A DNA stretch of 64,000 bases from Elusimicrobiales bacterium (GTDB lineage Bacteria; Elusimicrobiota; Elusimicrobia; Elusimicrobiales; UBA9959), in contig JAMPXK010000007.1 in the NCBI GenBank assembly GCA_023701245.1, positions 1,733 to 65,732 of the forward strand, in the 5' to 3' direction. How positions within the stretch are numbered: position 1 is the stretch's first letter; the number at the start of each line of letters is the position of its first letter. The position numbers and the translations under genes are program-made. Under the pieces are notes generated by a model that had not been told where the DNA came from, made no database searches, and was given only the letters and a program-made list of their open reading frames with translations. Shown here piece by piece: positions 56,244 to 64,000 of this stretch.

Positions 56244-56720
56244 TCAGGCTATCGCTTCCATCAGGTCCACCGGAGTGTCGGAGGGCACGCCGCGCCCCTC
56301 TATCTTTATGCCGGACGAGGACAGGGTTTTGAGGGCCGAACAATCCTGGTCGTTGAGGAAGATGGCCTTGCCGATGGATAAATTCTTGCCGGCGGAATAA
56401 TGCATGCCGCCGATATTGAGCGAGGGGATCCGGAGGCCTTTGCCGGCCAGCTCCACGGCCTCGGCCAGGCCGGGCAGCAGCAGCAGCACCTTGCGCGCGG
56501 ACTTCTCCGCCTCCGGCAGGTACGCGGAGGCCTCGGCCACGGTCAGGATCTTCAGGTCCACGCCCTCGGGCGTGGCGAAACGCATGATCATGCGGCGCAT
56601 CTCGTCGCCGGCTATCTCGTCGGACACTACGGCCAGCTCTTCGGCGCGCAAATGCGGCACCCAGCCTTCCACCACCTGGCCGTGCACCAGCCTGTCGTCC
56701 ACCCGGTAAAGAATTATCAT
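56244..56720 (-). CDS. PTS mannose-family EIIB
   Basis: RVDDRLVHGQV, NIGGM. Confidence 0.93.
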   Translation of the reverse strand: MIILYRVDDRLVHGQVVEGWVPHLRAEELAVVSDEIAGDEMRRMIMRFATPEGVDLKILTVAEASAYLPEAEKSARKVLLLLPGLAEAVELAGKGLRIPSLNIGGMHYSAGKNLSIGKAIFLNDQDCSALKTLSSSGIKIEGRGVPSDTPVDLMEAIA

Positions 56721-56730
56721 CCGCGGTTCC

Positions 56731-57138
56731 TCACTTCTTGAGCAGCAGGCTTTTGACCTCGCAGATGGCCTTGCGGCCGTCCTCTATGATCTTGGCGGTC
56801 AGCCTGTCGAAATCCAGCGTGGTCCTGTAGGAGAAGGCGGACGTCATCATGTTGATGTTGACGCCGCAGATGACCGCGCACTTGTCGATGTCCTTGGCCA
56901 GCGGCAGCACCACGTTCATGGGCGTGCCCCCAGGCATGTCCAGCAGGAAGACCAGCCCGTCTCCGGAGCGCATCTCCTCTATGGCGCGGCCCACCGTTTC
57001 CTTGACCCGCTCCAGGGTCATGCGCGGCGAGATGGAGATGTTCTTGAGGCCCTCGGCCTGGACGCCGACGATGCCTTCGGCGGCCTCTATGAGGTACGCG
57101 CCGAACTCCCCGTGGGTAATGACGATGATATTGATCAT
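56731..57138 (-). CDS. PTS mannose-family EIIA
   Basis: IIVITHG, DMPGGTP.N, GVN. Confidence 0.92.
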   Translation of the reverse strand: MINIIVITHGEFGAYLIEAAEGIVGVQAEGLKNISISPRMTLERVKETVGRAIEEMRSGDGLVFLLDMPGGTPMNVVLPLAKDIDKCAVICGVNINMMTSAFSYRTTLDFDRLTAKIIEDGRKAICEVKSLLLKK

Positions 57139-57171
57139 AGAACCTGCGCTTCGGGCGCCCGCGGGCGGCCC

Positions 57172-58029
57172 TTATTTACGGATGTCCCGGTGATACTCGG
57201 AGACGGAAAAACCGCCGGCGGCCAGCTTTTTGGCCAGTTCGCCGGTGATGTAAACGCTGCGGTGCCGGCCGCCGGTGCAGCCTATGGCGATGGTGAGATA
57301 GGACTTGCCTTCCTTGACGTAGAGCGGCAGCAGGGCCTTGATCTGCTCGGAGTAGTTCTTCATGAACGAGCGGAACCCGGGCTTGGAGCGGAGGTAGCGG
57401 CCTATCGGGGCGTCCAGGCCGGTCCTGGCGCGCAGCGACGGCACGTAGTAGGGATTGGGCAGGAAGCGCACGTCCATCACTATGTCCGCGTCTAGCGGGA
57501 TGCCGTACTTGTAGCCGAAAGAAATTATGGAGAGCTTCATCTCGGCGGTGCGCTTGAGCTCCAGCATGCCGGAGAGATGTTCTTTAAGTTCGCCCAGCGT
57601 CAGCTTGGAGGTGTCTATCACCTTGTTGGCGCGCGCCTTCAGGTCGGTCAGGATGCGGCGCTCTTCCTTGACGGCCGCGGCGATGTTCTTGCCGAGCGGG
57701 TGGCGGTGGCGGGTCTCCGAGAAGCGCTGCATCAGCACCGCGTCGGAGGCGTCCAGGAACACCACGCGGTACTCCAGGCCCAGTTTGCCCAGGCTGTCGA
57801 GGGTGCGGATGAAATCCTTGAAGAACCGGCCTTCCCGGATGTCTATGCCCAGGGCCACGTTCTTAAGGTAGCGGCGGCTCTGGACGAGCGCGGCGAAGGA
57901 CGGGATCAGCGCGATGGGGAGGTTGTCCACGCAATAGAAGCCCAGGTCCTCGAAAGACTTGAGAGCCTGGCTCTTGCCGGCGCCGGACATGCCGGTTATG
58001 ATGAAGATCCTGCCTTTGGCCTGGGGCAT
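57172..58029 (-). CDS. rapZ: RNase adapter / P-loop protein RapZ
   Basis: TGMSGAGKS, EDLGFYCVDNLP, SFGYKYG, DVRFLPNP, GCTGGRHRSV. Confidence 0.95.
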   Translation of the reverse strand: MPQAKGRIFIITGMSGAGKSQALKSFEDLGFYCVDNLPIALIPSFAALVQSRRYLKNVALGIDIREGRFFKDFIRTLDSLGKLGLEYRVVFLDASDAVLMQRFSETRHRHPLGKNIAAAVKEERRILTDLKARANKVIDTSKLTLGELKEHLSGMLELKRTAEMKLSIISFGYKYGIPLDADIVMDVRFLPNPYYVPSLRARTGLDAPIGRYLRSKPGFRSFMKNYSEQIKALLPLYVKEGKSYLTIAIGCTGGRHRSVYITGELAKKLAAGGFSVSEYHRDIRK

Positions 58030-58030
58030 A

Positions 58031-58996
58031 TTATTTCTTGCTCATCTCCCGGATAAGGCTTTCGTTGAACTTCTTGGCCACGAAGTAGCCCTGGTTCTTG
58101 AGGCGCTGGTTGAGCGAGGCCACCTCTATGAGGACGGCCAGGTTGCGGCCCGGGGTGACCGGCAGCCGCAGCGAAGGCACCGGCACTTCCAGGATGTTTA
58201 CCTCGGCCTGCGCCAGGCCGGTGCGGTCGTAATTACCGAGCGTCCCGGCCACCACGCTTTCCAGCTTCACGTGCATCTCTATGAGCGACTGGTCCATGAT
58301 GGAGCCTATACCGAAGAGCAGCTCCACGTCAATGATGCCCAGCCCGCGCACTTCCATGTAATGCTTGATGTTCTTGGGCGAGTTGCCCACCAGCATGTAG
58401 CCGATGCGGCGCTTGACCTCGACCACGTCGTCGGCGATGAGGATATGGCCGCGCTTCAAAAGTTCCAGCGCGCACTCCGACTTGCCCACGCCCGAGTCGC
58501 CCTGGATGAGCACGCCCAGGCCGTAGACGTTCACCAGCACGCCGTGCACGTAGGTGGTGGCGGCCAGCTGGTCGTCGAGGTAGGTGGTGATCTCCCGGAT
58601 GAAGGTGGAGGTGTCCTCCGTGGTGCACAACAGCGGGATGGAGGCCTTGGAACAGGCCTGTTTGATCACCGGCAGGGGCTTCACGCCGCCGGTCACTATC
58701 ACGCAGGGGATGTCTGGCGCGGCGAACATCTTCTGCAGGTTCGCCAGCACCCGGCGGGGGTCTTCTTTCTGGCAGTAGGCGTATTCGCCCTGCCCGATGA
58801 TCTGTATGCGTTCCGAGCGGAACTGCTCCATGTGCCCGGCGATGGCCAGGCCGGGCCGGTTGATCTCGCTGACCGTGATCTGCCGGCCGAGGTTCCCGGC
58901 CCCGGAAACGGGCTTAAGCCCCAGGATCTTGCCCCGGGACTTAAGCAGTTCCCTGACCGTAAGGGATTTCCCCTGTTTTTTCGGCTGCTGGGTCAT
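58031..58996 (-). CDS. hprK: HPr kinase/phosphorylase
   Basis: RPGL, HGVLVNVYGLGVLIQGDSGVGKSECALEL, EVRGLGII, PGRNLA. Confidence 0.96.
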   Translation of the reverse strand: MTQQPKKQGKSLTVRELLKSRGKILGLKPVSGAGNLGRQITVSEINRPGLAIAGHMEQFRSERIQIIGQGEYAYCQKEDPRRVLANLQKMFAAPDIPCVIVTGGVKPLPVIKQACSKASIPLLCTTEDTSTFIREITTYLDDQLAATTYVHGVLVNVYGLGVLIQGDSGVGKSECALELLKRGHILIADDVVEVKRRIGYMLVGNSPKNIKHYMEVRGLGIIDVELLFGIGSIMDQSLIEMHVKLESVVAGTLGNYDRTGLAQAEVNILEVPVPSLRLPVTPGRNLAVLIEVASLNQRLKNQGYFVAKKFNESLIREMSKK

Positions 58997-59011
58997 GGAG
59001 CGCGGCGCGGT

Positions 59012-59533
59012 CTACTTCTTCACCGGCTGCAGCAGCCCGTAGGTGCTGTCGAGCCGCTTGAAGACCACCTGCAGCTGCTTGCTGCCGCGGTCCTGGAACA
59101 TCCAGAAATTGTAGCCGATCTTTTCCATCTCTATGACGGCCTCTTCCTTGTTCATGGGCTTAAGCGGCACATCCTTGACTACGGAGAAGCGGATCTCGGG
59201 ACCCACCAGGGTGGCGAACTCGCCCAGGTCGATGGTCTCGGTGGCGCGGTGGTCGGTAAAGCGCTCCTTGTACTTCTTGATCTGCGCTTCCATCTTGTCC
59301 ATGGCTTTGTCGATGGCGGAATACATCTCGTCGGATACCCCGGCGGCCTTCATGGTCTGGTGGCCGGCGTGGACCACCACTTCGGCGGAGTGGATCTTCT
59401 TCTCCACGGAAACTATGACCTGGGCCCAGACTATGTTATCGATGTACTCGTGAAGCTTGGAAAGCTTGGTCTCGATGAAGTCCTTTATCGGCTTCGTCAT
59501 CTTTATCTTGCGGGCCACTATGTGTATCCTCAT
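59012..59533 (-). CDS. hpf: Ribosome hibernation promoting factor (long HPF)
   Basis: MRIHIVARKI.MT..IK.F, MYSAID..K.E.QIKKYK, KPM..EEA..EM; SD GGAGG. Confidence 0.9.
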   Translation of the reverse strand: MRIHIVARKIKMTKPIKDFIETKLSKLHEYIDNIVWAQVIVSVEKKIHSAEVVVHAGHQTMKAAGVSDEMYSAIDKAMDKMEAQIKKYKERFTDHRATETIDLGEFATLVGPEIRFSVVKDVPLKPMNKEEAVIEMEKIGYNFWMFQDRGSKQLQVVFKRLDSTYGLLQPVKK

Positions 59534-59618
59534 TGTATCCTCCGTTGCTGCTATTGATAAAACAGGTCCGGCCCGGCAAACGGCGCCGGGGGCCTTATTA
59601 ATATATTTTATCATAAAA

Positions 59619-59704
59619 GGGGTCAGGTCTTTACTTTTGACCTCTCTCTCCATAAGCCGGCGGCAAACCCGCAGCTGAAAGGTCAAAAGTAAAGACCTGA
59701 CCCC
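59619..59704. repeat. Palindromic element with 25-bp perfect inverted repeats
   Basis: GGGGTCAGGTCTTTACTTTTGACCT (59619-59643) and its reverse complement (59680-59704). Confidence 0.85.
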
Positions 59705-59724
59705 CATTTTGCTATTATCTTGAC

Positions 59725-60396
59725 ATGCGGCTGGAGGTAAAGGGTTTGGTGAAGGTGTTCCCGGCCCCGCTTTTTTCGGGCGGGACGGACCTGCGCGCCC
59801 TGGACGGGGCGGACCTGGACGCGGATACGGGGGTAACTGGCGTAGGCGGGGCCAACGGCTCCGGGAAAACCACACTTTTCAAGACTTTGGCCGGCATTTT
59901 GGAGGCCGACGGCGGCACCATCCTGGCCGGCGGCGCGGTCTCCGGCGCCGGGCGTCTGCGCCAACTGGCGGCCTACTGTCCCGCCAACCCGCGCTCCTTC
60001 TATTTCAGGCTGACGGCGGCCGAGAACCTGCGTTTCTTCGGCGCGCTGGCCGGCCTGCCCCCCGCCGAAGCCGCCGCCAGGGCGGCAAAACTGGCCGACA
60101 GGGTGGGCTTGGCCACTGCGGACCTGGAGCGCCGTTTCGACCGGCTTTCGGAAGGCAATATGCAGAAGGTGTCGCTCATCCGCGCCTTCTCCCGCCGCGC
60201 CCCGCTGCTGCTCCTGGACGAACCTTTCCGCGGGCTGGACGGCATAGCCTGCCGCGGCCTGCTGGAGCTGATAGCCGAAACCGGCCTGACCGCCACCGTG
60301 CTGGTGACCAGCCACAGCCGGGAACTGCTGGGCGCCGCCGCGAAACAGACCCTGCGCATAGAAAAAGGACGTATGCCGCCGGGAGGCACGCAATGA
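59725..60396 (+). CDS. ABC exporter ATP-binding protein
   Basis: GANGSGKTT, LSEG, LLLDEPF, TSH. Confidence 0.85.
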   Translation: MRLEVKGLVKVFPAPLFSGGTDLRALDGADLDADTGVTGVGGANGSGKTTLFKTLAGILEADGGTILAGGAVSGAGRLRQLAAYCPANPRSFYFRLTAAENLRFFGALAGLPPAEAAARAAKLADRVGLATADLERRFDRLSEGNMQKVSLIRAFSRRAPLLLLDEPFRGLDGIACRGLLELIAETGLTATVLVTSHSRELLGAAAKQTLRIEKGRMPPGGTQ

Positions 60397-61205
60397 GCGC
60401 CGCCGCCGTGGTGGCCGCCTTCGTCCGCCGGGATTTCCTGGCGGAAAGGAGCTACCGCCTCTCTTTCGCGCTGGGCGCGCTGGCCACCCTGGCCAACCTG
60501 GCGGTCTTTTATTTCATCGGCGAACTTTTCGGCGATTCCCTGGCCCCGCAGCTGGGAACTTTCGGCGCCTCCTACTTCGCCTACGTCTTTACCGCCATGG
60601 CGTTCTTCGGCTACATCGGCACCGGGGCCGGCTCTTACGCCGGGAGGCTGCGCCTGGAACAGACCCAGGGCACGCTGGAAGCCACGCTCTCCACGCCGCT
60701 GGGCGTGCCGCGCCTGCTCGCGGCCATGTCGGCCTGGAATTTCCTGTTCGCCACGTTCGAGCTGGCGGTTTACGCGCTGGCCGGGGTTCTTATCTTCAAG
60801 CTGGACCTGGGCGCCGCCAACTGGCCGGCGGCGGCGCTGGTGTTTGCCCTGGCGGCGGCGTGCTTCGCGGCCCTGGGAGTACTCTCGTCGTGTTTCGTGG
60901 TGCTGTTCAAGCGCGGCAACCCGCTGGCGTGGGTGCTGAATAATTTCGAGGGCCTGCTGGGCGGGGTCTACTTCCCGGTGGCGGTGCTGCCCTGGTGGCT
61001 GGCCTCCGTCTCCAACCTGCTGCCCGTCACCTACGCGGTGCGGGCCTTCCAGCTGGCCGTCCACAAAGGCGCCGGCCTGGCCGAAATAAAAGGCGACCTG
61101 CTTGCGCTGGCCGCCTTCGATCTGGTCCTCATCCCCGCCTCGGTCTGGCTGTTCGGCCTGGCCGTACGCCGCGCCCGCCGCGCGGGCACGCTCGGAGAAT
61201 ACTGA
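60393..61205 (+). CDS. ABC-2 type permease
   Basis: EQTQGTLE, GGVYFPVAVLP, LLPVTYA, GTLGEY; ATGA overlap. Confidence 0.88.
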   Translation: MSAAAVVAAFVRRDFLAERSYRLSFALGALATLANLAVFYFIGELFGDSLAPQLGTFGASYFAYVFTAMAFFGYIGTGAGSYAGRLRLEQTQGTLEATLSTPLGVPRLLAAMSAWNFLFATFELAVYALAGVLIFKLDLGAANWPAAALVFALAAACFAALGVLSSCFVVLFKRGNPLAWVLNNFEGLLGGVYFPVAVLPWWLASVSNLLPVTYAVRAFQLAVHKGAGLAEIKGDLLALAAFDLVLIPASVWLFGLAVRRARRAGTLGEY

Positions 61206-61211
61206 CCCCCC

Positions 61212-62774
61212 TTACTCTTTCACCGCCAGCACGTAATGCGTGCTGAGCGGGACTTTAGCCGCGACCGAACACCCCCCCTCCGAGCATGCCGCCCCGCCGG
61301 AGGCCGCCTTGCGCCAGCCGGAAGAGGTGAGATAGAAAAATTCGGCCTTCTTACCGGCAGCGGCACCTTCCCGGAAACGTATCAGCAGCTCGAGCTCCCC
61401 TGTAACGCCCCAGAAACCGCCGCCGAACTCCCAGGCGGATAACTGCGTGTAGCCGGCAGGCAGTTTCACTGCCAGAACCTGCGGAAGGCTGCCCTCCAAT
61501 ACCTCAAGCGCCGGCCCCTCCGCGCCCCCGCGCTGACGGGACTTAAAGGCCACACGGCCAAGTCCCGCTTCGGCCGAAACCGCCTCCACGGAGTAATCCA
61601 CGCCGCGGGGAGAGATCTTCACCGGCTTCCTTACAACTGAATACTCCACACGCCGCGCGCCCTCAAGCCGCTCCACCGCGGGCACGGCCTCCGATGGCCG
61701 CCGGGCGGCGGGCCGTTCCTGGACCTTGAACCTGTATGCCAGCGAAAGCCTGTGCGCGGTACCCAGGTCCCCGAAGGGTGAGAAAGCGTAATCGAAGGAG
61801 AACTGGTTATATACGAAACCGAGCCCGGCGCCGAAACCGGAAAAAGCCCCGAGTTCATTGCCGTGCTGGCGGTAGCGGTAGCCGGTGCGCAGGAACAGGC
61901 GGCCGGAGAGCGGCTGCTCCAGGCCCAGCGCCACGGAAGGATAATTGTCAACGGGCTTGGAGACATCCAGGGCCACCAGCAGGCCGTTCTCATAGACCCG
62001 GTGCGCAAGGCCGGCCTTGAAAACAAGCGGCAGCCCGAAGCGTTTGTCGTTGAACTTTATCCCCGGGCCGAGATTCTGCACCGTGAAACCGGCCGTGAAC
62101 TGGCGGTCCAGCCAATGGAAATCGTACAACGCGCCCAGGTCCAGCGCCGCGGTATTGCCGGAATCCGAATCTATGCTCTGCCGTATGAACTTCAGGCCGG
62201 CGCCCAGGCGCAGGTCGCGGCTGTAATTGAACCCGTACGCGGCGGAAAAGGCCAGGTCGTAGGCCCTGAATTTACCTTCTACCGGGGAGATGGGATTGAG
62301 CGGGTCCGCTTCGTTGAGCCCGCTGCGGCGCTCCAGGTCCCTGGGGGTGTAAAAGTAGTTAAGGCCGAAACCCATGGCGCCGTCCGAGAAGCGGCTGTTC
62401 TTGAGAAAACCTATGTCCTCTCCTGGCAGCAGGTAGCCGGCGTATTCCTGGGCCAACCCCTCGAAATACTCGTTATGGGTGAATACCGCGGCCCTGCCGT
62501 AGGGCACGGCCAGCCCGGCCGGGTTCCAATACACGGCGTAGGGATCGTCCGCTACGGCGGTATAGGCGCCGGCCATGGCCACGGGCCTTGCCCCGACGCC
62601 TATCTTGAGGAAAGCCGCGGAGGTGGTACCGGCCGACGGGTAGATCTTGGCCGCGCCGGCCGGCGGCGCCGGAGCCAACAGCGCCAGCGCGAGCAGCCAG
62701 GCGGTCATGTACCGCCGGCCCGGCCTTTCTTCTTTCATCAGGTTCCTCATATATCCCTTTTGCTCCGGCGTCAA
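61212..62774 (-). CDS. PorV/PorQ-like beta-barrel protein with extra C-terminal domain (start may be 62708)
   Basis: FLKIGVGARPVAMAGAY...YWNPAGL, DYAFSPFGDLGTAHRLSL, then about 170 more aa. Confidence 0.8.
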   Translation of the reverse strand: MTPEQKGYMRNLMKEERPGRRYMTAWLLALALLAPAPPAGAAKIYPSAGTTSAAFLKIGVGARPVAMAGAYTAVADDPYAVYWNPAGLAVPYGRAAVFTHNEYFEGLAQEYAGYLLPGEDIGFLKNSRFSDGAMGFGLNYFYTPRDLERRSGLNEADPLNPISPVEGKFRAYDLAFSAAYGFNYSRDLRLGAGLKFIRQSIDSDSGNTAALDLGALYDFHWLDRQFTAGFTVQNLGPGIKFNDKRFGLPLVFKAGLAHRVYENGLLVALDVSKPVDNYPSVALGLEQPLSGRLFLRTGYRYRQHGNELGAFSGFGAGLGFVYNQFSFDYAFSPFGDLGTAHRLSLAYRFKVQERPAARRPSEAVPAVERLEGARRVEYSVVRKPVKISPRGVDYSVEAVSAEAGLGRVAFKSRQRGGAEGPALEVLEGSLPQVLAVKLPAGYTQLSAWEFGGGFWGVTGELELLIRFREGAAAGKKAEFFYLTSSGWRKAASGGAACSEGGCSVAAKVPLSTHYVLAVKE

Positions 62775-64000
62775 TGCACTATAGCCAGCTTCTTGGTTAC
62801 CGCCTTGGTGCCGGAGGCGGCGCGCGCCTCCACCCGGTAGACATAGACGCCGCTGGCCACGTTCTTTATCTGCCAGACCAGTTCGGACGTTACGCCGCCG
62901 GGGCAGGCCGCTTTCTCCAGGCGGGCCACTTTTTCACCGGCCACGTTATAGACGTCCACTGTAACGTCGGAGGTGTCGGCCGGCAGGAATTTGAACGTCA
63001 GGGTATCGCCCTTGGCCGGGTTCGGGTACGTGTACACCGAGTTGGAGGCCAGCAGGGCCCCGGACGGCACATAGCCCATCAGCGAGTACACGGAGAAATG
63101 CGTCACTTCCGCGCTGACCTTGCGGATCTCCGGCAGTACCTTGGAAGTGTTGACCAGGGTCCAGCGCGAACCCTCCAGCAGGTATACCCGCAGGCTGGCC
63201 TCGGGAACAGCTCCGAGTTCGGCGGCGGTATACGGCAGGTACAGCGTTACCGGCTTGAGCAGTTTGGTGGCCGGGTTCTCGAACTTGACCTCGTAGATGA
63301 TCCCGGTAGCCCTGGCCCCGCCGGCATCAGCCTTTGTCCTGGCCGCCGGGCCGAAATAATCGGCGGACTCTCGCCTGACCATGAGGATATTATCGTTCTG
63401 GGAAGCCGCGTTGCCGGAGATGTTCACCTCCGCGCCGTCCCCGAGGCGTACCGTGCCGCCGTTGGAAGCGTCGAAGAACCGCCAGTTGTCGGCCGAAATT
63501 CCAGGGACCTCCGGGGAAGGAGCCGAGTCGTTGGTGCTGTCGAAAGCCGCCACGGAATAATAATACTTGATGTTCTCCGGAGCCTGGGCGTCGGTATACG
63601 TAAGCGTACCGGCCGGTACGGAGGAGTACTGAATGGCCGTAGCCGTGCCGCCGGCCTCCTGGGAACGGAAGATCCTGTAGCCATAGACGTCCGCGGCGCC
63701 GGCTCCGTCGTCAGCGGACCGGGTCCAGGCCAGCACCAGCGCGCCCCCGTGATCTCCCGGTTTGTCGGAGACCGCCAGTTCGGCCGGGGCGGCCGGCGGG
63801 TAAAGGTCGCGCGGAGCGCAGGCGGAGACGGTAGAGGCGGCGGCGGAATAATTCGAGTTGCCGTCGTAAGCCTTCAGCAGGAAATAATAGGTCACGCCAC
63901 CGGCCAGGTAGGTAACGGTCTCCGCTTCGGCGGTGCCGTAAGGCCCGGTCGCCGCACGAGAACTCTTCCATACGGCCCCCGCCGCCCAGCCGAAAGAAGG
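62771..64000 (-). CDS. Fibronectin-III repeat surface protein with T9SS-CTD-like C-terminus; 5' end outside window
   Basis: FN3 (YYFLLKAYD..NYS; Y.D...YYYSVAAFD), VTHFSVY, then VYTYPNP...VYNVAGE...ASGVYVYRV...KKLAIVH; frame open to window end. Confidence 0.8.
   Translation of the reverse strand, partial: PSFGWAAGAVWKSSRAATGPYGTAEAETVTYLAGGVTYYFLLKAYDGNSNYSAAASTVSACAPRDLYPPAAPAELAVSDKPGDHGGALVLAWTRSADDGAGAADVYGYRIFRSQEAGGTATAIQYSSVPAGTLTYTDAQAPENIKYYYSVAAFDSTNDSAPSPEVPGISADNWRFFDASNGGTVRLGDGAEVNISGNAASQNDNILMVRRESADYFGPAARTKADAGGARATGIIYEVKFENPATKLLKPVTLYLPYTAAELGAVPEASLRVYLLEGSRWTLVNTSKVLPEIRKVSAEVTHFSVYSLMGYVPSGALLASNSVYTYPNPAKGDTLTFKFLPADTSDVTVDVYNVAGEKVARLEKAACPGGVTSELVWQIKNVASGVYVYRVEARAASGTKAVTKKLAIVH

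Noticed and set aside
59534-59875. N-terminal extension of hpf in the ORF track
   Set aside because: It runs through the palindromic element and overlaps the ABC gene; the SD supports a start at 59533
383-63971. Many long antisense or alternative-frame ORFs (e.g. 383..2671, 24022..27141, 30661..32631, 48644..50680)
   Set aside because: They shadow well-supported genes on the opposite strand, are expected at this GC and codon bias, and carry no recognisable motifs

Overview
GC-rich bacterial chromosomal window with about 60 genes. The gene repertoire (PorV-like protein next to a T9SS-CTD-like protein, many orphan secreted proteins, Man-family PTS with HPrK) suggests Elusimicrobiota, but that is inference only. 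Main blocks: a sensor kinase and tRNA-Arg(GCG) followed by a miniature element bounded by a duplicated tRNA 3' end; carboxypeptidase and ppnP; a tungsten locus (FOR-type aldehyde:ferredoxin oxidoreductase, moaD, mog, MOSC, moaC, moaA, moeA, tupABC, a sulfite-oxidase-fold-like secreted protein, LysR, P5C dehydrogenase); an nrdR-nrdD-nrdG-dut anaerobic dNTP operon; pilin, TonB receptor and recG; a signalling island (two paralogous OmpR regulators, a split histidine kinase, a REC-GGDEF protein); a CCA-type enzyme, CpXC and PLP enzyme; RNase P RNA; metF, lepB, lepA; a regulatory PTS operon interrupted by a GH57 gene; an ABC-2 exporter; and PorV/CTD genes. No CRISPR array, rRNA, integrase or transposase was seen. 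The most striking unexplained signals are non-coding. (1) A family of about 135-160 nt intergenic elements (3 copies) has differing stem sequences but one conserved fold of tandem G-A internal loops, a TT bulge and a CAC-GGT-GTG hairpin; the tRNA-linked element uses the same structural grammar. (2) Two promoters share an identically phased 11-bp TGA(G) array; one precedes a terminated, highly structured ~210-nt candidate sRNA directly upstream of the OmpR/split-kinase island. Also notable: a class III RNR fused to a CxxC redoxin domain, and an RNase P RNA lacking P18. All homology calls come from recognising motifs by eye; no searches were run.
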